64,000 nucleotides of DNA from Thecamonas trahens ATCC 50062 (Eukaryota; Protista; Apusomonadida), in assembly GCF_000142905.1 (NCBI RefSeq), contig NW_013657623.1, forward strand, positions 25,928 to 89,927, written 5' to 3'. Shown here piece by piece: positions 1 through 10,589 of the stretch. A model generated the notes under the pieces. That model was given only the letters and a program-made list of their open reading frames with translations, did not search any database and was not told where the DNA came from. Position 1 is the first letter of the stretch; each line of letters opens with the position of its first letter. Both the position numbers and the translations under genes were made by a program.

Positions 1-173
1 ACTTTCCGGGCCTCTCGGTCGTCTACGCCAAGGGCAAGCCACCCACCGTGGTGCTTGACGGCCCTGCAGGCAAGTCCGACCCCATCGCCCTTGAAGACTA
101 CTCGCGCGACGACCTGCGCGCTCTCTTCACTGACGCTCTCGGCCCGCCCGCCGCCGCGGACAACTCGGCCTAA
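1..173 (+). CDS. 3' end of Sep15/SelM-family (SelenoF/M-like) thioredoxin-fold protein, truncated by window edge
   Basis: Frame 3 reads FPGLSVVYAKGKPPTVVLDGPAGKSDPIALEDYSRDDLRALFTDAL...*, resembling the Sep15/SelM C-terminus; a SECIS-like element follows. Not in the ORF track. Confidence 0.6.
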   Translation, partial: FPGLSVVYAKGKPPTVVLDGPAGKSDPIALEDYSRDDLRALFTDALGPPAAADNSA

Positions 174-344
174 GGCGCCGAGCCACGCGAGCTCATTGTC
201 TCGCTCCTCTCCACACTTTTTCTTGACCATCTGGCGCAGCCTGTGCGCCCGCCGCCCTCCGCCCCTCCCTTTCCTGGCGCTTTTGCTCGTCGGCATGATC
301 GTCCCCCCCTGCAGCCCGGGCATTCTCCAGCCAGGCCTGCCGCC

Positions 345-394
345 CTGACGGCGCAAGGCTCAAACGCGACTCTATCGCGCGCCGAGCGCCCGAG
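345..394 (+). promoter_or_regulatory. Type II SECIS-like element in 3' UTR
   Basis: UGAC(346-349)/CGAG(391-394) quartet; GGCGC/GCGCC and GGC/GCC stems; AAA at 362-364, 12 nt after the core; apical mini-stem CGCGA/UCGCG. Confidence 0.65.
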
Positions 395-753
395 CACCCT
401 CTCCCTCGATCATGCCCGCTGTCTCTCCGCCGGAACCCCGGAGCCGTCCCACCGCCCCCCACCCCCGGCGCACCGCATCGCCCACCCTTGGTCATCAGTT
501 TTCCCCATCATCCGCTCCGTCGACCCGACTGCTTTCACCGTTGAACACCACAGCAGCCTCGCCCGCCTCCCCTCCGCCCGAAAGCCGTGTCGGCCACAGG
601 TCGGCCACAGGTCGGCCACGTGGCTGGCGCGCGACTGGCTGTCGTGCCCCAGCTCCGGCGGCTCCAGAGACGTCTGCAGGCAGAGGCAGACCACTGCACG
701 CCACACCTCCTTCCCCCATGTCGTGCACCGCGCCCGGCATCCTCACAGCGTGC

Positions 754-1614
754 ATGTGGGTGTACGACCACGTGGCGTGGGCGGTGCCTGCTGCTGAGCA
801 CGTTCCCGGCGCCCTGCCCACCGCCCTCGGCGCCTTTGTCTTCTTTGCCGCCCTCAACGTTGCCGTCGGCGCCGTCTCGCGCGCCTGCCTGACCTTTGTG
901 GCCTCGGCGCCGACCAAGGAGCAGGCCAAGTGGAACAACATCGGCACATCGCTGCTGCACTCGCTGCTCATCGGCGTCCTATCCGTCGCCGCCATCGGCG
1001 CTGTCGGCGTCCGCTCCGGCGGTGCCATCGACGTGCTGTACAACTCGGATCCGCTCCTCCGCGCCGTCCTCGCCTTCTCCACGGGCTACTTTTGGTATGA
1101 CACGGCTGACATGGCAATCAACAGGATGTACCTCAACCAGCCCATCGTCTGGTTCCATCATGTCGTTGTCCTCACCCCGTTCACCCTCGCCCTTCTCCTC
1201 GACGCCTACGAGCCCATCCTCGTCATGGGCCTCGTTGTCGAGGCCAACACTGCCCTCCAGCACGCTCGCCGTCTCTTCACCATCCTTCACGCCCGCTCCT
1301 CGCTCGGCTTTACCGTCACTCTCGCCCTCCTCTACGGCTCGTTCATCCCCATCCGCATCGCCCCGCACGCCGCCATCGCCTACGCCGCTATCTGCGCCAC
1401 ACACGCTGGCGCCTTTGCCATCCCCTGGCACGCCGCCGTCGCCATCCTTGGCTCCATCTTTATCACCATCGTCGACTGCGGCATCTTTGTGGTCATGCTC
1501 CGCTCCGACTGGCCCTGGCTCATCGGTCGCGCCCCCCACGCCGCCGCCAGCCTCGAGCCCGTTGGCGTCGATGACCCTGCTGTCACGCACGCCTCCCGCC
1601 ACAAAGCCGACTAA
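754..1614 (+). CDS. TLC (TRAM/LAG1/CLN8) domain membrane protein, TLCD1/2-like
   Basis: SLLHS, FSTGYFWYD, WFHHVV, VEANT motifs and multiple TM helices; ATG 754 preferred over the ORF-track start at 412. Confidence 0.8.
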   Translation: MWVYDHVAWAVPAAEHVPGALPTALGAFVFFAALNVAVGAVSRACLTFVASAPTKEQAKWNNIGTSLLHSLLIGVLSVAAIGAVGVRSGGAIDVLYNSDPLLRAVLAFSTGYFWYDTADMAINRMYLNQPIVWFHHVVVLTPFTLALLLDAYEPILVMGLVVEANTALQHARRLFTILHARSSLGFTVTLALLYGSFIPIRIAPHAAIAYAAICATHAGAFAIPWHAAVAILGSIFITIVDCGIFVVMLRSDWPWLIGRAPHAAASLEPVGVDDPAVTHASRHKAD

Positions 1615-1788
1615 TATCCCCCCCCCCCCCCCCCCCTCCCCGTGCACTCCCGCATGTGACACCAACTGCCGCTGGATCGACACCATCCACGAAATTGCTG
1701 CCAGGTCCCCCCCCCCGTCCTCAGCCCGGGGACATTCGGCAACCCCTCTCTCATCCCTCTCCCCCACCCCCCTCTTCTTGCCCACACT

Positions 1789-2856
1789 ATGGCCGACACC
1801 AAGCCGCCGGTACGCCTCCCCCACCCTCCTTCCCTCTCCCGTCCCCTCCTCCTCCTCTTCCGTGGTCACTCACCTCCTCCCCCTCGCCGCCCATACCCGT
1901 AGCTCTTGCTGTTCTCCGGGTCGTCGAACCCGAAGCTCGCCGAGGCTGTGGCCAAGGCGCTGGACATTTCGCTGGGACGGGTGCTGGTGGACGTCTTCAA
2001 TGACGGCGAGCGGCGAATCGAGATCCACGACTCGGTCCGTGGCTCCCACTGCTTTATCCTCCAGTCGCCGGCCCGGACCGACGTCAATGACCACCTCATG
2101 GAGCTGCTGCTGATGATTCGGACCATGAAGCGGGCGTCTGCTCGCGAGGTCACCGTCGTCATGCCGTACCACCCGTACGCGCGCGCTGACCGCAAGATGC
2201 GCTCGCGGACCCCGATCTCGGCGTCGGACACGGCGCTCATCATCGAGGCGTGCGGCGCCGACCGCGTCCTCTCGGTCGACCTGCACTGCGGGCAGATCCA
2301 GGGCTTCTACACCATTCCGGTCGACAACCTGTATGCCTCAGGTGTCTTTGCCCGCCACTTTGCCGCCATGGCCGAGTCGTTTGACGCTCCGGTCTGCGTC
2401 GTCTCGCCTGACGCCGGCGGTGTCGCCCGCGCCAAGATCTTCATCAATGGCCTCGCTCGCCTCGGCGTCGAGGCCTCGCTGGCCCTGGTTGTCAAGCAGC
2501 GCGCGTCTGCTGGTGTCATTGCCGAGACCACGCTCGTCGGATCAGAGAACGTTGCCGGCTCCATTGCTCTTGTCGTTGACGACATGCTCGACACCTGCGG
2601 CACCCTCTGCCGCTGCACTGACGAGCTCCTCGCCGCCGGCGCCGTCCGCGTCTACGCCGCTGCCTCTCACGGCCTCTTCTCCAAGGATGCTCTCGACAAG
2701 ATTGCAAACTCGTCGCTTGTCGAGCTCATCGTCACCGACACCATTCCGCTTCCCGAGGGCGCGCCCGACAAGATCGTCCAGCTCTCCGTCGCCTCGCTCC
2801 TGGCCGACGCCATCTCGTGCGTCGCCACGGGCCAGAGTGTCTCCTCGCTCTTCTAG
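1789..2856 (+). CDS. PRPS: Ribose-phosphate pyrophosphokinase; exons 1789-1809 and 1903-2856
   Basis: FNDGE, PYARADRK, DLHCGQIQGFY, VSPDAGG, VDDMLDTCGT motifs; intron GTACGC...CTCAC...TAG (1810-1902) joins MADTKPP in frame. Confidence 0.95.
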
Positions 2857-2974
2857 CTTCCTCGCTCCCTTCCCTCTCCCGCTAGTCCGCGCTTCCTCGC
2901 GTATTTTGGCTCCTCTCGGCCCCTAACACCTTCCCCTCAGCAAACACCTGGGCCGGCCTCTTGCTACAGCACCC

Positions 2975-3010
2975 GCACCTGACCCGCACCTGACCCGCAC
3001 CTGACCCGCA
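2975..3010 (+). repeat. Short tandem repeat (GCACCTGACCC) x3
   Basis: Direct 11-nt repeats just beyond the tRNA terminator. Confidence 0.7.
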
Positions 3011-3048
3011 GTTGCTGGCACGGTGGGCGCGCGGGCAAAAAAAAGAAA

Positions 3049-3130
3049 CGTCAGCTAGAGGATTCGAACCTCTGCTCCCATCGGGAACTTGATTTCGAAT
3101 CAAGCGCCTTAACCGCTCGGCCAAACTGAC
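3049..3130 (-). tRNA. tRNA-Ser(CGA)
   Basis: 82-nt cloverleaf, anticodon arm CTTGA-TTCGAAA-TCAAG, long variable arm, GGTTCGAATCC T-arm, oligo-T terminator. Confidence 0.95.
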
Positions 3131-3330
3131 TGGATATATGAGAGACGGACCAACCTTGAGCCTTTATAGTGTCTACTGGATTGCAGCATCAAAGGAATGA
3201 CGGAAGACCACGTGCACGACCAAGCCCGACCTCGACAGAGACTGTCGGTTGCTCTGATCGTGGTGGCTGAGGGTAGACACTCCGACTTTGACCACCTCAC
3301 TCCCCCTCTTACTCCCCGAGTCGAGTGACC

Positions 3331-4218
3331 ATGGCAAGCGGGCTGGCCAAGTATACGCTGCCGACGACAAGCAAGCTCTCGCCGCTGGTGGTGCGGGTGC
3401 TCGGGCTCAACCCGGGACCGTTCACCCTCGGCGGGACGAACACCTATGTGGTGGGGAACGGGACGGAACGGGCACTGGTGGACACGGGCGAGGGCAAGGA
3501 CGGATACCTCGAGGCGCTGAGTCAGGCGCTGGTGGACGAAGGCGTTGAGCGGATCTCGCCCATTCTCCTCACCCATCACCACCACGATCACGTCGGCGGA
3601 CTGGCGCAGCTCGCGGCGGCCAACTCGAGCCTCTTCGACCTCTCGCGGGTGTACAAGCTCCCGCATGCCGACGACAGCAGCTGGACCCCCGAGGGTGTCG
3701 CCGTCCACCCGCTGGCGGACGGTGATGAGTTCGCCGTCGATGGCGCAACGCTGCGGGTTGTCGCCACGCCGGGACACACGCCGGATTCGATTTCGCTCGT
3801 CCTTGACGAGGAGGGCGCGGTGCTGACGGGCGACACCGTGCTCGGCTCAGGCTCCACGACGGTCTTTACGGATCTGAGCGGGTACATGGTCTCACTGCGG
3901 CGGCTGATGGCGCTGCTACCGGACGAGAGCCCCGCGCGGCTGTATCCGGCCCACGGCCAGGTTGTCGACGATGGCAGGGCGCTCATTGCTGACTACATCC
4001 ACCACCGCGAGGAGCGCGAAGCCCAGATCCTGCAAGCTGTGCAGACCGCGGGCGAGACCGGCGTCACAACAGCAGATATTGTGGCCTCGCTCTACGCCGG
4101 TTACCCCGCCAAAGTCCTCGGCGCTGCCGCCCGCGGCGTCGATCTTCATCTCACCAAGCTTGCTGACGACGGGCTGGTGGCTTGGTCGCCTGGCGGCTTG
4201 GCAGTCTCTCTCAAGTAG
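3331..4218 (+). CDS. LACTB2: Metallo-beta-lactamase fold endoribonuclease, LACTB2-like
   Basis: LGLNPGPFTLGGTNTY, THHHHDH, TPGHT, GD, PAHG motifs and C-terminal winged-helix-like region. Confidence 0.88.
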   Translation: MASGLAKYTLPTTSKLSPLVVRVLGLNPGPFTLGGTNTYVVGNGTERALVDTGEGKDGYLEALSQALVDEGVERISPILLTHHHHDHVGGLAQLAAANSSLFDLSRVYKLPHADDSSWTPEGVAVHPLADGDEFAVDGATLRVVATPGHTPDSISLVLDEEGAVLTGDTVLGSGSTTVFTDLSGYMVSLRRLMALLPDESPARLYPAHGQVVDDGRALIADYIHHREEREAQILQAVQTAGETGVTTADIVASLYAGYPAKVLGAAARGVDLHLTKLADDGLVAWSPGGLAVSLK

Positions 4219-4390
4219 CCGGTAAAGGCATGCGATGAACTCTCTAGGCGGCGCTGTTCTCGGAATCAGCGCGAACGACTTGCTTGGCACTGAAGTTCGC
4301 TGGCCACTGGCACCTGACGCCATTGCAAGAAGCCGGAAGCTCAGGCAGCGCGCGTGGAACAAATCGCCTTGCGGGAGTGACCGCCGAGGC

Positions 4391-5926
4391 ATGGGTATGG
4401 AGAGCTTGGGGAGAGTACGACAACGATGGAGAGCGGTCACGAGGTGGCTGGTCGTTGTTGTCGTCGCCGTCGTCGCAGTTGGACGGGTGACCGGTGCTCG
4501 GTGTGTCTTTGGTCCGCCGGCCGAGGCCCGCAGCTTGGAAGCTGATCGGTTCCGAGGCAATGCGTTCTTCTTCTTCCAATCGGGCACGTTGACGGAGGTG
4601 ACGGTCGAGTTTGCCGGCCCGGTGCGGATTGTGGTCATCGAGCGCGAGGCTACAGCGTCAGATGGCGGCAGCTTGGCGGCGACGACTGTGTGGGATGCCG
4701 AGGCCGTCGCTGTCGTTACTGATGTTTCGGGCGTGTACGCGGTCGCGCTCGAGGTGGAGGTGGAGGCCGGCAAGATCTACACCATTGGCGCGGCGTGGCG
4801 CGGCCATCGTGCGTACACCGTCCACGCTTTTGCCGGCACGCGGTTCCCGGCATGCGCTAGCTGGGAGCACGGCGTCGGTCAGAACAATGTCGCCGTAGGC
4901 GGCAAGCTCAACGACCTGGCACCTGCGGCCACGAATGTGTACGCCATCGGATGGACGCTTGAGCCGGCAAGCGGGAGCCCGCTTGCCGCCGGGCCCTGTC
5001 CCACCTTCTTTGATCACGTGGCGTGCAGCAACTCGAGCTGCGGCGGAACAGCCGGATGCTCCTGCAGTCCGTCGAGGGGCAGCCTCAATCCGTACGACTG
5101 CTCGCCGATTGGAGTCGGAGACCTGCAGTGCGCCTACCATCCGTCGGTCCTTGACTTGGCGGCACTCACGGGCATCATCTACACCAACACGCCCGGATCC
5201 ACATACGTCAACTCGGTGCGGTGCAGCTGGAGGCTCACAGCGTCGAGCGCAGCGAGCCAGACGACGATCACATTCCACGCCGTCGAGACCGAGGCTGGCG
5301 CTGACGTCTTTGAGGTGTACTCGGGCGATGCGCGATACGGGGTGTACTCGGGAACCTCGATCGCCAACTTTGAGATTACCCTTTGCTCTCCGGTCCGCCT
5401 GCAGTTTATCGCCGACGAGATCCGGAGCCGACGCGGGGTGGCAGTCTCGTGGGCCATTACGCCTGCACCAAGCCCGTGCGTAGAGACAGGTCCGCGATCG
5501 ACGCCGTTTGGCGAGGCGCCACCGGCGACCAGTGGCGGGTCCGGCGCTGATGCCGCGAACGGGCGGGGAGCCGTCTCGTCGACGTCGTCGTCGTCCACGC
5601 AGCACGTTCCGGTCGCGATTACGGTTTCGGTCCTGATTGTGGTCATAGCCACCGCATGTGTGGTGTTCTATGCCGTATGGCGCCGCTCACATCGGCCGGC
5701 CAGGCCGGACGTCGCGCCGCGCGAGCAGGCACGTCTCTCGGCCTGGCGCCGGCGCGCCAGCAGACCGCCGGCGTATGCCTCACCAAGCGCATCTGGCGAG
5801 TCTGATGCGAGCGAAGCGCTAGCGCAAGAGTCCGAGATTGACTTAACGAGTGCGACAAGTGGCACCGAGAGCGATCCGCCGCCGTACGACGTGGTCGCGC
5901 GCTGGCGGCGTAGCGACTCGGTCTGA
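4391..5926 (+). CDS. Single-pass membrane protein with Cys-rich segment and CUB domain
   Basis: N-terminal hydrophobic segment; CUB-like YVNSVRCSW...VETEAGADVFEVY...LQFIADE; TM helix; cytoplasmic PPAY/PPPY. Start could be 4235. Confidence 0.7.
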   Translation: MGMESLGRVRQRWRAVTRWLVVVVVAVVAVGRVTGARCVFGPPAEARSLEADRFRGNAFFFFQSGTLTEVTVEFAGPVRIVVIEREATASDGGSLAATTVWDAEAVAVVTDVSGVYAVALEVEVEAGKIYTIGAAWRGHRAYTVHAFAGTRFPACASWEHGVGQNNVAVGGKLNDLAPAATNVYAIGWTLEPASGSPLAAGPCPTFFDHVACSNSSCGGTAGCSCSPSRGSLNPYDCSPIGVGDLQCAYHPSVLDLAALTGIIYTNTPGSTYVNSVRCSWRLTASSAASQTTITFHAVETEAGADVFEVYSGDARYGVYSGTSIANFEITLCSPVRLQFIADEIRSRRGVAVSWAITPAPSPCVETGPRSTPFGEAPPATSGGSGADAANGRGAVSSTSSSSTQHVPVAITVSVLIVVIATACVVFYAVWRRSHRPARPDVAPREQARLSAWRRRASRPPAYASPSASGESDASEALAQESEIDLTSATSGTESDPPPYDVVARWRRSDSV

Positions 5927-5981
5927 GGCAAAGCAGTGTCTAGAATAATTACCGTACAATGGTCCGTCTTTCACATATCCA

Positions 5982-6063
5982 GTCAGTTTGGCCGAGCGGT
6001 TAAGGCGCTTGATTCGAAATCAAGTTCCCGATGGGAGCAGAGGTTCGAATCCTCTAGCTGACG
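5982..6063 (+). tRNA. tRNA-Ser(CGA)
   Basis: Identical inverted copy of 3049-3130, followed by a T-tract. Confidence 0.95.
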
Positions 6064-6429
6064 TTTCCTTTTTTTTTGCCCGCGCGCCCACCCTCATCCT
6101 TTCATAACACCCTCTCTCATCGCTGTCCTCCTTCTCTTCATCGAGCTCATGACCCCCCCCCTCCTCCCTCTCGTTCTCACCCTCCTAAGGGAGCGCTCTA
6201 CCACATAGGGCGCATGAACCTGTCTCGGAACCACATGATTCGATTCGAAGACGCGAAAGCGCCGCACCCTCGCTGTCACATGCAGCTTCAATCAACGACC
6301 ATGACTCCGGTGTTGGGTGCGATTTTCGGACGAAGAAAGAGAGCGACCAGTTTTTCGTGCACCTCCAGGCGGCGACGACACGGCAGCAGCACAACGCGCA
6401 GCTGCGCCACACTTGACCTCGAAGCCACG

Positions 6430-9400
6430 AGTACGCCCTCTCTCCCCTTCCCCACGCCCCCTCCTCTCTCTCCCCCCCTCCCCTCTCCCCCCTCCCTCCT
6501 CCCAGCTGCGCTCGCCCTCGACCGCGCCCCTCCCCCTGTGTTTGACCGTCTGTCTGATGGCGGTGCGCGTGACCTGTGACCGCTGACTGCCGCCGTACGA
6601 CCTGCAGCCTCCCCCCCCCCCTCCCCTCCGCCCCCCCTCCCCATCCCGCCTCTTCGCGCATACTAACCGCTCCTCTCCTCTCCCTCAGTGTCCAACAACG
6701 ACTTCTTTGGCTCGATCAACTCGGACGGGCTGACCGAGCGGTCGCCGCTGGTCCGGCCGGCACAGGCGGGCGGTAGCAACGCCAAGGTCGATCCGTACTC
6801 ATCGCTCTTCCCGGCGAGTGATGAGGTTGCGGCGCAGGGGCTCTCATCGATGGAGGCGCAGGTTCGGCTGGAGCGTGTTGGGCCGAACGCGCTGGAAGAG
6901 AACGAGAAGCCGTGGTGGAAGCTCCTGCTCTCGTTCTACATTGGCCCGATGGCGTATCTCATCGAGCTTGCGGTGGTGGTCACGCTGGCGCTGCGCGACT
7001 GGGCCGACTTTGGCGTCCTCTTTGGCCTGCTCAACATCAATGCAGGCATTGGGTTCTACGAGGCGAACAAGGCTGGCAACGCGGTGGCGGCGCTCAAGTC
7101 TGCGCTCACGCCTGTGGCCATGGTCAAGCGCGACGGCGAGTGGACAGAAATTGACAAGGCCAACCTTGTGCCTGGCGACCTCATCCGGCTCCGGATGGGC
7201 GACGTGGTGCCTGCCGACTGCATCCTGCTTCCGCTGGCCAACGCGACAGACGTGCTGGAGATTGACCAGGCGGCGCTGACGGGCGAGTCGATTCCGGCCA
7301 AGAAGGCCTCGGGCGACCTGTGCTACGCGGGATCGTCGGTCAAGCGCGGTGATGGCGACGCATGGGTCAAGGCGACCGGCAAGCAGTCGTTCTTTGGCAA
7401 GTCTGCGGCGCTGATTGCAGGCGTGGAGGCCAAGTCTCACTTTGAGCAGGTGCTCGAGTCGATCACCAAGGTCCTCATTGCGGTGGCATTTGTCCTGGTC
7501 ACGGCGCTCATTGTGGCGCGGGTCATCCAGCAGTCGACTGCCAAGGGCAAGGACCTCAACGGCAAGTTTATGGGTAACCTGACCAAGCAGGCCCTGGTTC
7601 TGCTTGTGGCGTCGATTCCGATTGCGCTGCCTGCAGTGTCGACAGGAACGATGGCCATTGGCGCAAGGACGCTGTCCAAGGAGAACGTCATTGTCTCGCG
7701 GCTGTCGGCCATCGAGGAGATGGCTGCAGTCGACATTCTGTGCTCGGACAAGACAGGGACGCTGACCAAGAACGAGCTGACGCTCGACGACCCGTGGCTC
7801 AACCCGATCCACCCGGAGCTGACGCGGGCGGACATTGTGCTGGCGTCTGCGCTCGGGTGCGACCCGGACCCTGCGAATGCCAAGGATGCCATCGACTCGT
7901 GCATTCTGGAGTCTGCGGCGCGCGAGCTCGACGCAGGTTTCCTCTCTGCGCACCACGTGCTCTCGCACGAGGCGTTCAACCCGGTGACCAAGCGGACAAT
8001 GGGCGAGGTGGAGGACCCCAACGGGCGGCGGTTCCGGGTGTGCAAGGGCGCGCCGCAGGTCCTGTTCAACCTCACCAACGAGGACGGCTCGACCACCTTT
8101 GACGCTGGCGACCGCGGGCGGGTCAACCAGGCCATGGAGGAGCTTGCCGAGCGCGGGCTGCGGCCGGTGGGCGTGGCATGGGAGGTTGACGGAACATGGC
8201 AGTACCTCGGCCTGCTCTCGTTCCTCGACCCGCCGCGCGACGACACCAAGACCACCATCGAGCAGGCCAACGAGCTCGGCGTCGAGGTCCGGATGATCAC
8301 CGGCGACCACGTGGCCATTGCCAAGGAGACGTGCCGGCGGCTGGGCATGGGCTCGGACATCCAGGGCTCCGAGTTCTTCCGCCGCATGCACGAGGAGACC
8401 GACGAGTACATTGCGCAGGTGATCGAGGAGGCCGACGGCTTTGGCGAGGTCCTTCCCGAGGACAAGTACGCCGTGGTGGACATTCTCATGCAGAACGGGC
8501 ACGTGTGCGGCATGACTGGTGACGGCGTCAACGACGCGCCGGCGCTCAAGCGGGCTGACGTCGGCATTGCCGTCGAGGGCTGCACCTCGGCGGCACGGGC
8601 CGCCTCCGACTTTGTCATCCTCTCGCCGGGCCTCTCGGTCATCATTCTGGCCATCAATCTGTCGCGGACCATTTTCTCGCGCATGCGCAACTATGTCATC
8701 TACCGGGTTGCCTCTTCGCTGTACGTCCTCATGTTTGTCTTCCTCGCCGTTGTCGTGTACAACGTCGAGATCCCGGCGCTCGTCCTCGTCCTCATCACGC
8801 TCCTCAATGACGGAACTATTATGACTATTGCTTACGACAATGTGCCCATTTCGCCGCGCCCGGTCGAGTGGCGGCTGGTCCGCGTCGTCATCATTGCCAT
8901 TGTGCTCGGCGTGCTCGGCGTGGCCGAGTCGTCGGCCGCGGTCTTCCTCTCGCACACCCACGGCTACGGGTTCAACCTCGGCCGCAAGATTGACGTGCCG
9001 ACCTCCAACGGCGCTACGATGCAGATTAACGACAAGACGTACGAGGACAACCAGCGGTCGACGGTCGCGTACCTCGCCCTCTCGCTCGGTGGCCAGCTCT
9101 CCATCTTTATCGCTCGCACCCCGTCGTTCTTCTTCACCCGGGCGCCGGCGGCTCTCCTTGCCGGCGCCGTGGCCTTTGCCGCCCTCGCCGCCTCGCTCCT
9201 CGCTCGGTACTGGCCGTTTGGCCAGGACCTGGAGGGCATCTCGTGGTCGGACATTGGCGCCGTCTGGGTCATCATTCTTGTTATGGTTGTCGTCAAGGAC
9301 ATTGCTAAGGTCATCGTCTACAAGATCCTTGACTCTGCCGAGGCCCGCCTCGGCTCGTCGTCGACCGAGTCGCGGCTCGAGGACCGGGTTATGGCCTTTG

Positions 9401-9495
9401 CCACCGTCGATCGCGATGCCGTCCGCCCTGACCTCCGCTTCTTTGCCCTTCCCATCTCGGATCGCATTGCTCCGCTCCCGTACTCGACGATTTAA
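6430..9495 (+). CDS. PMA1: Plasma-membrane H+-ATPase (P3A type); start codon probably split by intron 6431-6688
   Basis: TGES, PIALP, CSDKTGT, KGAP, DPPR, MITGD, GDGVNDAPAL motifs; donor GTACGC 6431, branch TACTAAC 6661, acceptor CAG 6686-6688. Confidence 0.93.
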
Positions 9496-9653
9496 AGCCA
9501 CTACACTTGGCAGCCCTCTGCGCATCGTCGCGCAAGCCACGTTGTGGCCCGGCGGCTGGGCGAGTGGCATCCATCCATATTGCCCGAGCCAGGAGGAAGG
9601 GGGAGGGGGTGGGGGCGGGGCGGGGGCGCAAGAAGCAAGACGTGACGCCGGAC

Positions 9654-10463
9654 ATGGACAAGGTGGAAGAAAGTAAGGTGAGCAGCAGCAGCAGCCGTGC
9701 CGAGGGCGGCGAGTCTGACTCTGACTCGGAGCCGGGCTTCTATGACCCGCTCGCCGATGCCACTGTCAGCAGGCACTCGTTCCCGCTTGGCGACGGCGGC
9801 GGTGCGGCCGACGGGGACGGCTCGACCGTCACCATCGAGCTCCGTGCATCAGCCAAGTTGGATCCGACAGACGCCTTTGCGCTGCTGGATGGCGATGACT
9901 ACACCGGCCAGCTGCTGTGGGACGGATCGGTGTTGCTGAGCAAGTATCTGGCGGAGCACGGCGACGAGCTGCGGGCTGGTTCGACGGCGATGGGCAGGTC
10001 GCGGGCGGTGGTCGAGTTGGGCGCTGGTGCAGGGCTCGCGGCGGCGGTGGCTGGCGCGCTGGAGCTCGGCGAGCCGGTCATTCCCACCGACGGAGCCGAT
10101 CGGGCGCTCGAGCTCTGCTCGCGGAACCTCGCCGAGTTTGGTTGGCGCGGCGTCGCTGCGCCGGTCTGCTTCAACTGGTCGAGCGAGCTTCCGGACGAGC
10201 TTGCGGCGGTGGCGCCGGTCCATCTTGTTGTTGCCGCTGACGCGGCATACGATCTGGCGGCTATCCGCCCGCTCTTTGCTGCCGTGGGCGCGCTCGCGCC
10301 GGCCATCTTTGTCTACGCTCACTACCCGCGTGCGCTCACCGCCGCGCAGCAGGCCGCCATTGATGAGGCCATTCCTCTTGCCGCCGCTGATGTCGGCTAC
10401 GAGGGCGGCGTGGTGTACTCGAGCGATGACGGTGGGTCAGTCATGGTGTGGCGGCCTGTGTAA
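9654..10463 (+). CDS. Lysine methyltransferase family 16 (METTL21/22/23-like)
   Basis: TGQLLWDGSVLL, VVELGAGAGL, TDG, FNW, AADAAYD motifs. Confidence 0.85.
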   Translation: MDKVEESKVSSSSSRAEGGESDSDSEPGFYDPLADATVSRHSFPLGDGGGAADGDGSTVTIELRASAKLDPTDAFALLDGDDYTGQLLWDGSVLLSKYLAEHGDELRAGSTAMGRSRAVVELGAGAGLAAAVAGALELGEPVIPTDGADRALELCSRNLAEFGWRGVAAPVCFNWSSELPDELAAVAPVHLVVAADAAYDLAAIRPLFAAVGALAPAIFVYAHYPRALTAAQQAAIDEAIPLAAADVGYEGGVVYSSDDGGSVMVWRPV

Positions 10464-10589
10464 AATATGTCATTGAGTTGAAGCGGCGAGCCATCTCTCT
10501 CGTGCGCAGCGGGCGCGCATCGCATTTTTCTTCATTTCGCCGACGAGCAGAGACTCAGCGGGAGCATAGCGGACGGCTGTAGCGCGACG

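Noticed and set aside
412-753. N-terminal extension of the first TLC protein
   Set aside because: Low-complexity Pro/Arg sequence adjoining the upstream gene's putative 3' UTR; ATG 754 fits the family length better
3022-6092. Inverted repeats as transposon TIRs
   Set aside because: The repeats are tRNA genes plus flanks; no transposase and no evident target-site duplication
6844-9570. 908-aa ORF antisense to the H+-ATPase, and similar long shadow ORFs elsewhere
   Set aside because: Expected by-product of high GC3 codon usage; no recognisable motifs
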